Assembly: GCA_048884965.1 (NCBI GenBank)
Contig: JBHLQH010000004.1
Location: forward strand, 1-64,000
Direction: 5' to 3'
From: Candidatus Thorarchaeota archaeon
GTDB taxonomy: Archaea; Asgardarchaeota; Thorarchaeia; Thorarchaeales; Thorarchaeaceae
DNA length: 64,000 nucleotides
In this document: positions 20,271-29,209 of the stretch, piece after piece
Layout: the number at the start of each line of letters is the position of its first letter
How positions within the stretch are numbered: the first letter of the stretch is position 1
The notes under the pieces: model-generated
Databases searched by the model: none
Told to the model about the DNA's origin: nothing
Seen by the model: the letters and a program-made list of their open reading frames with translations, nothing else
Program-made: the position numbers and the translations under genes

Positions 20271-21373
20271 CGAATCACCTGTTTCGCACGTTTGTAGAGT
20301 CTGATGGTTTTCTTCGTTAGTTCATTAGTCTTATACTCATAATGACTTCGAGGTGGTGTGGCAATATATTCGTCTAGAAACTCTATAGTTATACCAAGGA
20401 CTCTGGTGAAATACTCCTTCTCTGATGCTTCTTCCTCAGGAGTATAATGAGGGATCTCAAGCTCTTTTAGGGCTTCTTCACGAGTCAATTGACCTGCACA
20501 GATCAGACATGAATAGTGTGCTCTTCGCTTGTCAAAGCCAAATTTCTTGGGAAAGATGTAGCTCTCGACAAACTTGGTATATCGATCTTCGCTATGCTTT
20601 CGACCATAGTCAATCCAACCAAACTCCTTTGCCAAATCTTCCTTCGCTTTGAATTTATTGTAAGGCGGATCTACATGATTCAGTAGTCTAAACTCCTTGA
20701 AGCCTTTGAAGCTATGCATAACTGTTCGACTGAAGAGATTCAGGAGTTTTGTTTCTTTGAGTGGTATTGTCCCATGTCGCTTGTGTATGTCTAGAATGTT
20801 CGTCGCATCGCCATTATCGTAGCCCCAATTACTTGGTAGAAAGCCCTCTGTAATGAAATTTCCACCATTAAGTAAGCTATGAATTTTATTATCATGACAT
20901 GCTTGATAGCAGAATGTTCGAAGAATGTTATCTGTCGGTGCTTCAAGACCAACAACACTTGCCTTTAGGTAGGAGTTGATTATATCACGATACTCTCGAT
21001 GATTAAAGCGCGGATGAAAGAAATCGAAACCAGTTGTATTCACTATATTTTGGACATTCAACCATGCTGCTTTTGTATTCCATCCAGAGTCTGCATGAAC
21101 GAGAAGAACATTCAATCCATGTTTCCATACAAGTCTAGCAAGCTCACTACTATCAACTCCACCACTTAGACCAAGCACAGCATCATATTTTCCGTCTCTT
21201 CTGTTTTCAAGGAGCTCATCTATGATTACTTCAATTGGCCTTCGGTCCACTTTATGTTCCCAGTTTATGTGCCAGTCTTTGCAGTAATTACAGACTCCAT
21301 CCTCATCAAATGTGATATCGCCTGCTGTGGTGTCCATAACGCATCGAGTGCATATCTGATATTCTTGCGTCAT
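20267..21373 (-). CDS. N-acetyl sugar amidotransferase (WbpG-like)
   Basis: CTRCVMDT, GVCNYC, YDAVLGLSGGVDSS PP-loop, YGRKHSE, FGFDKRR, GQLTREEAL. Confidence 0.88.
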   Translation of the reverse strand: MTQEYQICTRCVMDTTAGDITFDEDGVCNYCKDWHINWEHKVDRRPIEVIIDELLENRRDGKYDAVLGLSGGVDSSELARLVWKHGLNVLLVHADSGWNTKAAWLNVQNIVNTTGFDFFHPRFNHREYRDIINSYLKASVVGLEAPTDNILRTFCYQACHDNKIHSLLNGGNFITEGFLPSNWGYDNGDATNILDIHKRHGTIPLKETKLLNLFSRTVMHSFKGFKEFRLLNHVDPPYNKFKAKEDLAKEFGWIDYGRKHSEDRYTKFVESYIFPKKFGFDKRRAHYSCLICAGQLTREEALKELEIPHYTPEEEASEKEYFTRVLGITIEFLDEYIATPPRSHYEYKTNELTKKTIRLYKRAKQVIR

Positions 21374-21621
21374 GATGGCTCAGTGAAACACTCAGTATAT
21401 TATGTATAAAGTTTCTGTACCTAGAATTCAGAGATCAAAGCAATGAAAGACTGCTAATCCTATAGAGGTGTCTCAGTTCCGTTTATTCTGTACTGAATCC
21501 GAACTTTCCTTATCCTGAACAAGGTATATTCCACTTAGTTCACTGTCATCATAGAATTCATGTCAGGAGCTAGAACGAAAACATTCACATCATTGGCTAC
21601 AGGGACATCCTCTTAGTTTTA

Positions 21622-21810
21622 ATGACAAATGTCGCGACCAGATATCCAGGCAGTAGTGAAGTACTCGATGCACCAGAAACAACTGAAACATCGACGATGA
21701 CAACATCAGAACTAGACTTGACTCCCATATTTCTTACAATCAGTAGTATCGAGCTGGTTGCCATTGTTCTTCTGGTGGCATTATACTTCAAGCAACGTAA
21801 ATCAGGTTGA
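21622..21810 (+). pseudogene. Remnant C-terminus of a membrane-anchored surface protein
   Basis: Thr-rich linker, TM helix and basic tail (ETTETSTMTTSE...LVAIVLLVALYFKQRK) with no upstream ectodomain. Confidence 0.45.
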
Positions 21811-21844
21811 AAGACCATTACAGGAGCTGTATGAGGAAATCAGA

Positions 21845-22264
21845 TTACCTCCTATCTAGTACAAGGACCTTCGGGAGCTTCAGTAGTTTACCCATATTAC
21901 GACCAGTTGTTCCGCCTTTGTAGCGAAGCCGCCTCTTCCCAAAGCGATTCTTTCCGGTCATCATTTTGACGGTGGAATATTCACCATTTGTGAAATACAT
22001 AAGATCCTCAGGATCTGATATGAGTTCCAGGTCATATTCATCCAATTTCCCCTTACTCAGAGTGTATTCTCCATCGTGAGCGATTAGATTTAGCCAGAAT
22101 ATGAATTCCTCCTCAACATGCAGTCCGAGATTGATTCTTGCCTCGAACTCATCAAGTGTCTTGGAATTCTCAGGATTCTTACGTTTGTCAGCAATAACAT
22201 CATCGATGACCGTCTTGAAGGTTAGGAACAAGGTCTCTTGCGCCGATTCATCCATTGCATTCAC
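21845..22264 (-). CDS. SCP2 sterol/lipid-binding-like domain protein (divergent)
   Basis: SCP2-like topology (strands, DLELISDPEDLMYFTNGE, LRYKG..MGKLLKL); directly downstream of a clear SCP2 gene. Confidence 0.55.
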   Translation of the reverse strand: MNAMDESAQETLFLTFKTVIDDVIADKRKNPENSKTLDEFEARINLGLHVEEEFIFWLNLIAHDGEYTLSKGKLDEYDLELISDPEDLMYFTNGEYSTVKMMTGKNRFGKRRLRYKGGTTGRNMGKLLKLPKVLVLDRR

Positions 22265-22273
22265 CCCATAAGT

Positions 22274-22723
22274 CTAGAAATAGTCTGTTTCAATCATACC
22301 AGCGGTTCTGACGAGTTCTTTAGCAGCATCTGTCGCCTTGAGAACCTTTGCCATGTTCCCCTGTATCTTTGCCTTGCCGCTTAGCAATCCACGAATTGGG
22401 TCAAGTTCACCCTTCAATATTAGCACCCAAGTGTCATAGCTTGCCGCATAGGTATACTCTACGCCAAGCTTGCTAGCATTACTTGCGCTCTCTCCTTCAC
22501 CAACTACTTCATAATCACTCTCACCGGAGAGCGCCTTGACTCCTGTACACTTACCATGCTCTAATCCAACATAGGCGAAGATGTCATGATCTAGATTCCC
22601 ACTAGATCGTACAATGAAAACAAAATCTCCAGTCCACCAAGATGCGGCCTTGGCATAGTCTTCATTCTTATTCAAAGCAACTTCGTAGAGTTCCAACCAC
22701 TCTGGTGAAAATAGTACCGGCAT
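22274..22723 (-). CDS. SCP2 sterol-binding domain protein
   Basis: FSPEW...ALN...YAKAA.WW.GDF; YDTW..ILKGELDPIRGLLSGKAKIQGNM. Confidence 0.85.
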   Translation of the reverse strand: MPVLFSPEWLELYEVALNKNEDYAKAASWWTGDFVFIVRSSGNLDHDIFAYVGLEHGKCTGVKALSGESDYEVVGEGESASNASKLGVEYTYAASYDTWVLILKGELDPIRGLLSGKAKIQGNMAKVLKATDAAKELVRTAGMIETDYF

Positions 22724-22790
22724 TCTCTTACCTCTCCATGACTCAAGAATTCATCTTAGAATTAAAAGGAAAACGACTAGATAAATGGTT

Positions 22791-23072
22791 TCAACCGCCA
22801 GCGACTAGTGGAAAGATTGCTAAGATATCTCCCTCTTCAAGAGTTGTTTCAAGTCCATCCAGAAATTTTATCTCGCGGCCATTCTTCAGAAGCGTAATAT
22901 CTGCCTTTACTTCTTCATTCTCGTTCATCAGTGCCTGTCTGATTTTGGAGTTCTCGCATATCTTGCTAAGAACCTGTGAAACCTTTGTAGGTTCATCCAC
23001 GTCAAGCTCCAGTACAGAATGACCTCCAATCAGGTTTCGGAGGTGAGCGTAGAACTTGACTGCGATTTTCAT
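22791..23072 (-). CDS. MoaD/ThiS/SAMP ubiquitin-like sulfur carrier
   Basis: MKIAVKFYAHLR...LKNGREI..LDGLET.LEEGD.LAIFPLVAGG with C-terminal diglycine. Start set at ATG 23072. Confidence 0.9.
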   Translation of the reverse strand: MKIAVKFYAHLRNLIGGHSVLELDVDEPTKVSQVLSKICENSKIRQALMNENEEVKADITLLKNGREIKFLDGLETTLEEGDILAIFPLVAGG

Positions 23073-23104
23073 CCAATCACCTTGTATACGTCTAGACAGC
23101 ACGC

Positions 23105-23112
23105 TTATAAAA
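23105..23112. promoter_or_regulatory. TATA-like box in divergent moaD-like / AOR-ACS promoter
   Basis: TTATAAAA in the 80-bp intergenic region. Confidence 0.4.
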
Positions 23113-23152
23113 CCGTACAGACACGGTGCTGTGATTAGGGGTCCTTCTCGAA

Positions 23153-26100
23153 ATGTATGGATACATGGGAAAAATCCTGAGAGTCAATCTTTCGACTGGC
23201 TCTATCACTGAAGAGTTTCCAGATGAAGAAACACTAAGAAAATATCTTGGTGGGTCAGGATTGGCAACGAAATATCTCTTTGACGAAACTGAAGCTGGAA
23301 TCGACCCACTTGGACCTGAGAATAAGCTCATCTTCATGACTGGTCCATTGACAGGAACACATTCTCCCAGCACGGGCAGGTACAGTGTTGTCACGAAGGC
23401 ACCTCTCACAAATGGTTGGGGACAAGCAAACTCAGCAGGATTCTGGGGACGTGATTTCAAGCGCTCAGGATTCGATGGAGTGATTTTTGAAGGAATATCC
23501 CCCAAACCTGTGTATCTTCTTACAGAGGATGGCAAAGCGGAGCTTGTTGATGCAAGCGAACTCTGGGGTAAGAACACCTCTGAAACGACTAGAATCTTGA
23601 AAGAGAAGCATGGTCCAAAATTCAATGTGGCATGTATTGGTATTGCTGGTGAGAAGCTAGTCAAATATGCAGCCATCATGAATGACTGCGATGAAGAGAA
23701 TTGGGGACGGGCCGCAGGTAGATGTGGTGTAGGCGCTGTAATGGGCTCAAAGAATCTCAAAGCAATAGCTTCGAAAGGGACATTGCAGATACCAATTGCT
23801 GACCCAGAGAAGTATCGAGAGGAAGCCAAGCAGAGATTCGATTGGGTAAACCAGAGCATCTTGAAGATGACACTCGAGGTCTATGGAACTGCAACAATGG
23901 TAGATCTTGTGAATGTAAAGGGAGGAATCCCCACCAAGAATTGGCAGACTGGAGTGTTCGAGAATGCTGAAGCAATCAATGGCACTGCAATCAACGACAA
24001 GATCCTTGTTAAGAGAAAGCCATGCTTTGCCTGCCCAATACATTGTGGAAGAATAGCAGAGATCAAAGCAGGTCCATTCAAGAGTAAGGGGGAGGGTCCC
24101 GAATATGAAACTATTAGCTCTTTCGGAACAATGTGTGGCGTAGACAATCTTGAAGCCATTACACTTGCTCATTTCCTTTGTAACGAATATGGCTTGGATA
24201 CGATCTCAGCGGGCAGCTCGGTTGCATTTGCTATGGAGTGCTATCAACGTGGAATCCTGAAACCAGAGGATGTGGATGGTCTAGACTTCTCATGGGGTAA
24301 TGCTCAACTGATCGTGGATATAGTAGAGAAGATAGCAAAGCGAGAGGGCGTAGGTGACTTCCTTGCGGAAGGAACGATGAGGATGTCTCAGAAGCTTGGT
24401 CAAGGTTCAGAGCATTTTGCAATGCATGTCAAGGGTCTCGAACTCCCCGGCTATGATAGCCGTGCGGCAAAGGTGACGGGACTTGCCTATGCAGTCGCCA
24501 ATCGCGGAGGAGACCACATTACAGCATACATTGAAGGACCAGCATTTCTGTCGATGCCTTTTATGATAGTCGAGGATGCAGATGTTGGAGACCCGTTGAA
24601 GGAGATTCCTGAAACAGCGCTTATCGTGAAGAACTTTGAAGACTCCCTCGGCAACTTTGATGCGATTGGTGGATGCAAATTCATGGGGATGGTCCTTACA
24701 GCTGATGATTGGGCAAGTTTGATTTCCAGCTTGATGGGCATCGATATGTCAGCAGATGAGTTCCGTAGAACTGGAGAGCGTATCTACAATCTTGAACGCG
24801 CATACATTCTACGGGAAGGATTCACAAGGGCAGATGACACCCTACCACCAAGACTGCTGGAGGACCCATTACCCGAAGGTCCTGCGGAAGGCCATGTTGT
24901 AGACCTCGACATTCTATTGGACGCGTATTATCAATATCGAGGGTGGGATGAATATGGAAGACCCACAATTGAGAAGCTGAAAGAGCTTGACTTGGAATGG
25001 CTGGTAGAAGTCGTACATGGTGATATTGTACCAATTCAAGAGGTTGTTAGGAAGAAGGTAAAGGATCTACCAGAAGTGGAGCGAAAGCAAGTATACGCAG
25101 GGACCAAAGTATCACTCAGCGACAAGCCTTGGCTTGATAACTACTTCATCGGACCATTCAAGCTTGCACAATCAATGAAGCCCTATCCTCAAATAAACAT
25201 CTACAAATTCCTAGAAGACACAGCAAGTGAGTTTCCAGACCTTATTGCTTGCGAGTACGCAGGTGAGGAGATGACATACCCTGAGCTGAAGGACAAGGTG
25301 GACAGACTTGCTTCAGCATTTGTGTCACTCGGAGTTAAGAAAGGTGATAAAGTAGCCACAGTTCTACCATCATGTCCTGAATTTATCATTGCAGACTATG
25401 CGGCGATGAAGATTGGTGCGGTACACGTACCTTTGAGCATACTGCATAAGGCGGATGATTTAGAGTACGAGCTAGGGGAGAGTGCAGCAGAGGTCGTTGT
25501 GTGCTCCTATAGAAGGATAGAACGAGTCAATCAGGTAAAGCCGAAGACTAAGGTGAAGAAAGTAATCTATGCGCCAACCAAACTCTATCCGGATTATCAA
25601 TATCCCGAAATGAAGATGATTGATGATACTGACTACTATCTGATGAGTGATTTGCTCGAGAAATATGAGCCGCATTCTCAAACTGTGGAGATTGACCCAA
25701 TGGAAGATATCGCGCTGTTGCCTTTCACAGGAGGCACTACAGGTCTTCCAAAAGGAACGATGCTTACGCACTATAATATTACATCCAACGTAAGGCAAAG
25801 CATTCACTGGATGATGGAGCCGCTGAAAGAAGGAATCATTGGGAAGAGCTCTGCTGTCGTCTGCATTCCCATCTTCCATGCCTACGGGCATTGGGCGATT
25901 CATGCATGCATTTCATGGGGCATCAAGATGTACCTTCTAGACCCTAGAGACATCCCCAAGATCGTAGATGTGATTAACAAGCATCGTCCATTCATTGTCT
26001 TCGCTGTACCAACACACTACGCATTATTCTCCAGCTTCGATCTAGCCAAGGCACAGATCTTTTACTTCTCAGGCGCTGCAGCTTTAGCAGAAGAACTAGC

Positions 26101-26785
26101 CGAAGAATTCGAGAGAAAGGCGGGGGTTCCAATGGGAGAGGGATACGGTGCGACAGAAACTTCCTGTGTAGCAACCATCAATATCTCAGCCCTCTCAAAA
26201 GTAACAGGATTCATGGCTGAAACTAAGAGAGGTGTAGGGATACCAATACCAGATACAGAGATCAAGATCGTCGACCCCGACACAGGAGAGGAACTTCCTA
26301 TTGGTGAACGAGGAGAGATCTGGATAAGAGGACCGCAGATTATGGCAGGTTATTTCCCTAACAGGGGAAGTGGTCTCAAAGCGGAGGGCTGGTTGCCAAT
26401 GGGGGACATTGTTGAGATGGACCAAGAAGGATACTTCAAAGTCGTAGATAGAATCAAGGATATGATCAATGTGTCCGGAAACAAAGTGTACAGTCGGGTC
26501 ATTGACGATATCCTTCATGAGCATGAAGCAGTCGAAATTGCTGGCGTCATTGGCATCCCTGATCCGGATAGACCAGGAAGTGAGAGAGTCAAGGCTTTCA
26601 TCCAACTCAAGCCCGAATTCAGGGGGCAGATAACAGAGAGCGATATCATAGAGTTTCTGAAAGGGAAGGTAAAACCCTACGCAGTTCCGAAGTCTGTCGA
26701 GTTTAGAGATGAACTCCCACTCACAATAGTCATGAAGTTGTTCAAGAAGAAATTGAGAGAAGAAGAGCTAGAAAAATCTCGTTGA
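23153..26785 (+). CDS. Fusion: aldehyde:ferredoxin oxidoreductase (W/Mo-AOR family) + long-chain acyl-CoA synthetase
   Basis: aa 1-~620: GKILRVNLS, GRCGVGAVMGSKNLKA, CFACPIHC, GPEYET, GLDTIS, YYQYRGWD..GRPT. aa ~660-1210: KPWL, FTGGTTGLPKG, EGYGATE, GEIWIRGPQ, GD, DRIKDMINVSG. Confidence 0.92.
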   Translation: MYGYMGKILRVNLSTGSITEEFPDEETLRKYLGGSGLATKYLFDETEAGIDPLGPENKLIFMTGPLTGTHSPSTGRYSVVTKAPLTNGWGQANSAGFWGRDFKRSGFDGVIFEGISPKPVYLLTEDGKAELVDASELWGKNTSETTRILKEKHGPKFNVACIGIAGEKLVKYAAIMNDCDEENWGRAAGRCGVGAVMGSKNLKAIASKGTLQIPIADPEKYREEAKQRFDWVNQSILKMTLEVYGTATMVDLVNVKGGIPTKNWQTGVFENAEAINGTAINDKILVKRKPCFACPIHCGRIAEIKAGPFKSKGEGPEYETISSFGTMCGVDNLEAITLAHFLCNEYGLDTISAGSSVAFAMECYQRGILKPEDVDGLDFSWGNAQLIVDIVEKIAKREGVGDFLAEGTMRMSQKLGQGSEHFAMHVKGLELPGYDSRAAKVTGLAYAVANRGGDHITAYIEGPAFLSMPFMIVEDADVGDPLKEIPETALIVKNFEDSLGNFDAIGGCKFMGMVLTADDWASLISSLMGIDMSADEFRRTGERIYNLERAYILREGFTRADDTLPPRLLEDPLPEGPAEGHVVDLDILLDAYYQYRGWDEYGRPTIEKLKELDLEWLVEVVHGDIVPIQEVVRKKVKDLPEVERKQVYAGTKVSLSDKPWLDNYFIGPFKLAQSMKPYPQINIYKFLEDTASEFPDLIACEYAGEEMTYPELKDKVDRLASAFVSLGVKKGDKVATVLPSCPEFIIADYAAMKIGAVHVPLSILHKADDLEYELGESAAEVVVCSYRRIERVNQVKPKTKVKKVIYAPTKLYPDYQYPEMKMIDDTDYYLMSDLLEKYEPHSQTVEIDPMEDIALLPFTGGTTGLPKGTMLTHYNITSNVRQSIHWMMEPLKEGIIGKSSAVVCIPIFHAYGHWAIHACISWGIKMYLLDPRDIPKIVDVINKHRPFIVFAVPTHYALFSSFDLAKAQIFYFSGAAALAEELAEEFERKAGVPMGEGYGATETSCVATINISALSKVTGFMAETKRGVGIPIPDTEIKIVDPDTGEELPIGERGEIWIRGPQIMAGYFPNRGSGLKAEGWLPMGDIVEMDQEGYFKVVDRIKDMINVSGNKVYSRVIDDILHEHEAVEIAGVIGIPDPDRPGSERVKAFIQLKPEFRGQITESDIIEFLKGKVKPYAVPKSVEFRDELPLTIVMKLFKKKLREEELEKSR

Positions 26786-26811
26786 TCATACGACTCCTAG
26801 GAGAGAACAAT

Positions 26812-27414
26812 ATGGGAAAGGCAATTCTTCTCGATATGGACGGAGTAATTCGACATTTAGATTTACAGAATGCAGAGAAATATGCAAAAAAGATTGGTGT
26901 GACATTTACGGAACTCTCTGCGATTATTTGGGATAGGAGATTTATCAAGGACCTGATCTGTGGAAAAATCAACAGGGAGGAATGGTGGATTTGTCTTCAG
27001 AAGTCGTATGATATTCTTGCAGATGTGAATCAAGAAATCATATGGCAGGGAGTTCTAGGTGAAAATTATTTCAATGAGGAACTAATTTCATTCGTTAGAT
27101 CACTCAAGGATAAAGCGACCATTGCCATTCTAACGAACTGTGATTCAATCTCAAAAGCACGAATTGTCAAGGAGTTGGAAAGATTCGATGCATTTCATGA
27201 AATCTTCTCCTCTAGCGACTTAGGTCATGCTAAACCAGAGATTGAGATATTCTTAGAAGTACAGAAGGAGTTAAAGAAACAGCCCAATGAAATCATCTTC
27301 TTCGACGATAGTGTGGATAATGTTGAAGCTGCTTCCATCATCGGAATACATGCATTTGTCTATGATACGGTTGAGAATGCAAAGCAACGGATTTATGAAT
27401 TCCTTGGAATCTAG
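26812..27414 (+). CDS. HAD-superfamily hydrolase
   Basis: LLDMDGVI, ILTN, GHAKPE, FFDDSVDNV. Confidence 0.88.
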   Translation: MGKAILLDMDGVIRHLDLQNAEKYAKKIGVTFTELSAIIWDRRFIKDLICGKINREEWWICLQKSYDILADVNQEIIWQGVLGENYFNEELISFVRSLKDKATIAILTNCDSISKARIVKELERFDAFHEIFSSSDLGHAKPEIEIFLEVQKELKKQPNEIIFFDDSVDNVEAASIIGIHAFVYDTVENAKQRIYEFLGI

Positions 27415-28082
27415 CATTCCCTAACTTCAACCATCATTCCAGAGTCTTTGGGTAGACCTTTGGGATTGAGAGAAACAACACTGACGGAGATTGCAACAGG
27501 ATGCACCAATGGTTGTTTGAAATCTCGTTTCGTATCCGTTTCCTTTTGATCGATATATTCCACAATCGAGTTCAGTTTCTTATGCAATGAACCTACATCA
27601 TCTATGTCAGTGACTCTGAATGATAGATACTTTGAAACAACATTGCAGGAGCCATCTTCACCTGCTGATGTCTGTGCTGCTAGGAGAATCGCCTGTGATG
27701 TTTTTTGATGCAGGAGATAGGGAAGAACCTCAATCAGACTTAGCCACTCTTTGATGAGATCAGACCTTCCTATAGCTTCAGCGTATTTTCTCATTTCCAT
27801 TGAGTATAATCCTTTTGTCAAATCCATCAGATTTTCAGAGATGTAGTAGTGAGTGCTATACCTTTTGTCCTCGACGAGTTCGATTTCTTCCTTCTGTATG
27901 ATTCCTGCATCGAAAAGTCTTGCAAGATTCCGGAACATCGTCGCCTTACTCTGACCAGTTACCTCTCTTAGCCTAGCAGGAGTCGTCTTACCAAATATCA
28001 TCAAGTAGGAGTATATCATCAGACATGATTCAAGACTCATAATCTCAACAAGATACTCCATTTTACCGAGTTTCTTATCCAT
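27411..28082 (-). CDS. Winged-HTH transcriptional regulator (ArsR/TrmB-like)
   Basis: TTPARLREVTGQSKATMFRNLARLFDAGII. Confidence 0.8.
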   Translation of the reverse strand: MDKKLGKMEYLVEIMSLESCLMIYSYLMIFGKTTPARLREVTGQSKATMFRNLARLFDAGIIQKEEIELVEDKRYSTHYYISENLMDLTKGLYSMEMRKYAEAIGRSDLIKEWLSLIEVLPYLLHQKTSQAILLAAQTSAGEDGSCNVVSKYLSFRVTDIDDVGSLHKKLNSIVEYIDQKETDTKRDFKQPLVHPVAISVSVVSLNPKGLPKDSGMMVEVREC

Positions 28083-28183
28083 TGCTTTGAACTGCCCCTT
28101 GGAAGAAGTAATGACGAATCACCTCACTGGTGAACCTATCTCACCAAAGAGTCAATTAAAGGATTCGTCATCACCTGCTTTTG

Positions 28184-29056
28184 TCAGTTATCTGTATGCT
28201 GGGGTATGAACGCGAGCTTCTTGTTCGGATAGTCGATGATCAGCTCAAGATCTTTCATGAAAGGATATCCAATAATCCCATCCGTGATAATTGAACCACG
28301 TGGTGAAACCAATCCCAAATCAATGACAGCAAGCACTGCATTCTCTTGAACGATGCCACCTGCCTTAATCGATTGGACTTGGACTGCGTACCCCGGAGCA
28401 AACCCTCCAACACCTTGACACCCGTCCCCGCAACCTTCTGAGAGAGGAGACACAACCTTCACAGCACCTACTGCGCTGTCACGAGTCATCCCAAGACGCT
28501 CAGCTGCATTAGGAGTGATCACGGTACCTCCAGAGCCTGTATCGACAACTAAGCGAAAGGGACCTTTATCGTTGAGTGTCGTTTCAACCGTCACCAAGTG
28601 AGTGTCATCGATGTACTGAAAATCAGTCCATTCAAAATCATGATCCTGAGATAATTCATGACCATTTGCGTCGAAAGACATAGTGTGGGCCGGATAGTTC
28701 ACATGTAGACGATAATCCTTCAAGAAGGAATGTCCTATGACTCCAGCAGTGCAACATCCTCCTAGTGCTGAATCGAGGTCTATGACAAGTACCTCTTCAT
28801 CTTGTACAGTGATGTCACCTATCTGAAGACTCTCTACTCTAGCGAAGCTGACAGGGATCTTTCCACCTCCAACTCCTGTCGCGAGCGCTTTATCGCCCTG
28901 GTATGTATCGATTCCTAGTTCTTGTACGAGGCGAGTGGTGAGTGTTGTTGCTGTTGCCCCCGTATCCAATGTGAAAGTGAAAGGACCCTTTCCATTGACA
29001 TATACAGGGATTTGTGGATGGCCGGAGCCTTTACCTAATTCGAACGTGATATTCAT
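28184..29056 (-). CDS. Two-domain retropepsin-like aspartic protease
   Basis: FTLDTGA...GVIGHSFL and LVVDTGS...DGIIGYPFM. Confidence 0.88.
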   Translation of the reverse strand: MNITFELGKGSGHPQIPVYVNGKGPFTFTLDTGATATTLTTRLVQELGIDTYQGDKALATGVGGGKIPVSFARVESLQIGDITVQDEEVLVIDLDSALGGCCTAGVIGHSFLKDYRLHVNYPAHTMSFDANGHELSQDHDFEWTDFQYIDDTHLVTVETTLNDKGPFRLVVDTGSGGTVITPNAAERLGMTRDSAVGAVKVVSPLSEGCGDGCQGVGGFAPGYAVQVQSIKAGGIVQENAVLAVIDLGLVSPRGSIITDGIIGYPFMKDLELIIDYPNKKLAFIPQHTDN

Positions 29057-29066
29057 CTTTATTCAT

Positions 29067-29118
29067 CCTATCTCATTAGTGAGATATATTAACCTATCTC
29101 AATAATGAGATATATTAA
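29067..29118. promoter_or_regulatory. Two tandem 26-bp repeats, each with palindrome TATCTCA-N4-TGAGATA (operator)
   Basis: cctatctcattagtgagatatattaa / cctatctcaataatgagatatattaa, directly upstream of the protease start. Confidence 0.75.
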
Positions 29119-29209
29119 GCTTCTTATCAAGACATTACTGAATGAAGATGCAATGAGAACAGCAGCATGTCTTGCATAGAACTATATTACACAGGACGTA
29201 TTGACCACT

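Noticed and set aside
23092-23859. 255-aa minus-strand ORF
   Set aside because: Antisense shadow of the conserved AOR coding region.
29067-29118. Possible mini-CRISPR
   Set aside because: Only two abutting repeats, with no spacer and no cas genes; an operator is the better explanation.
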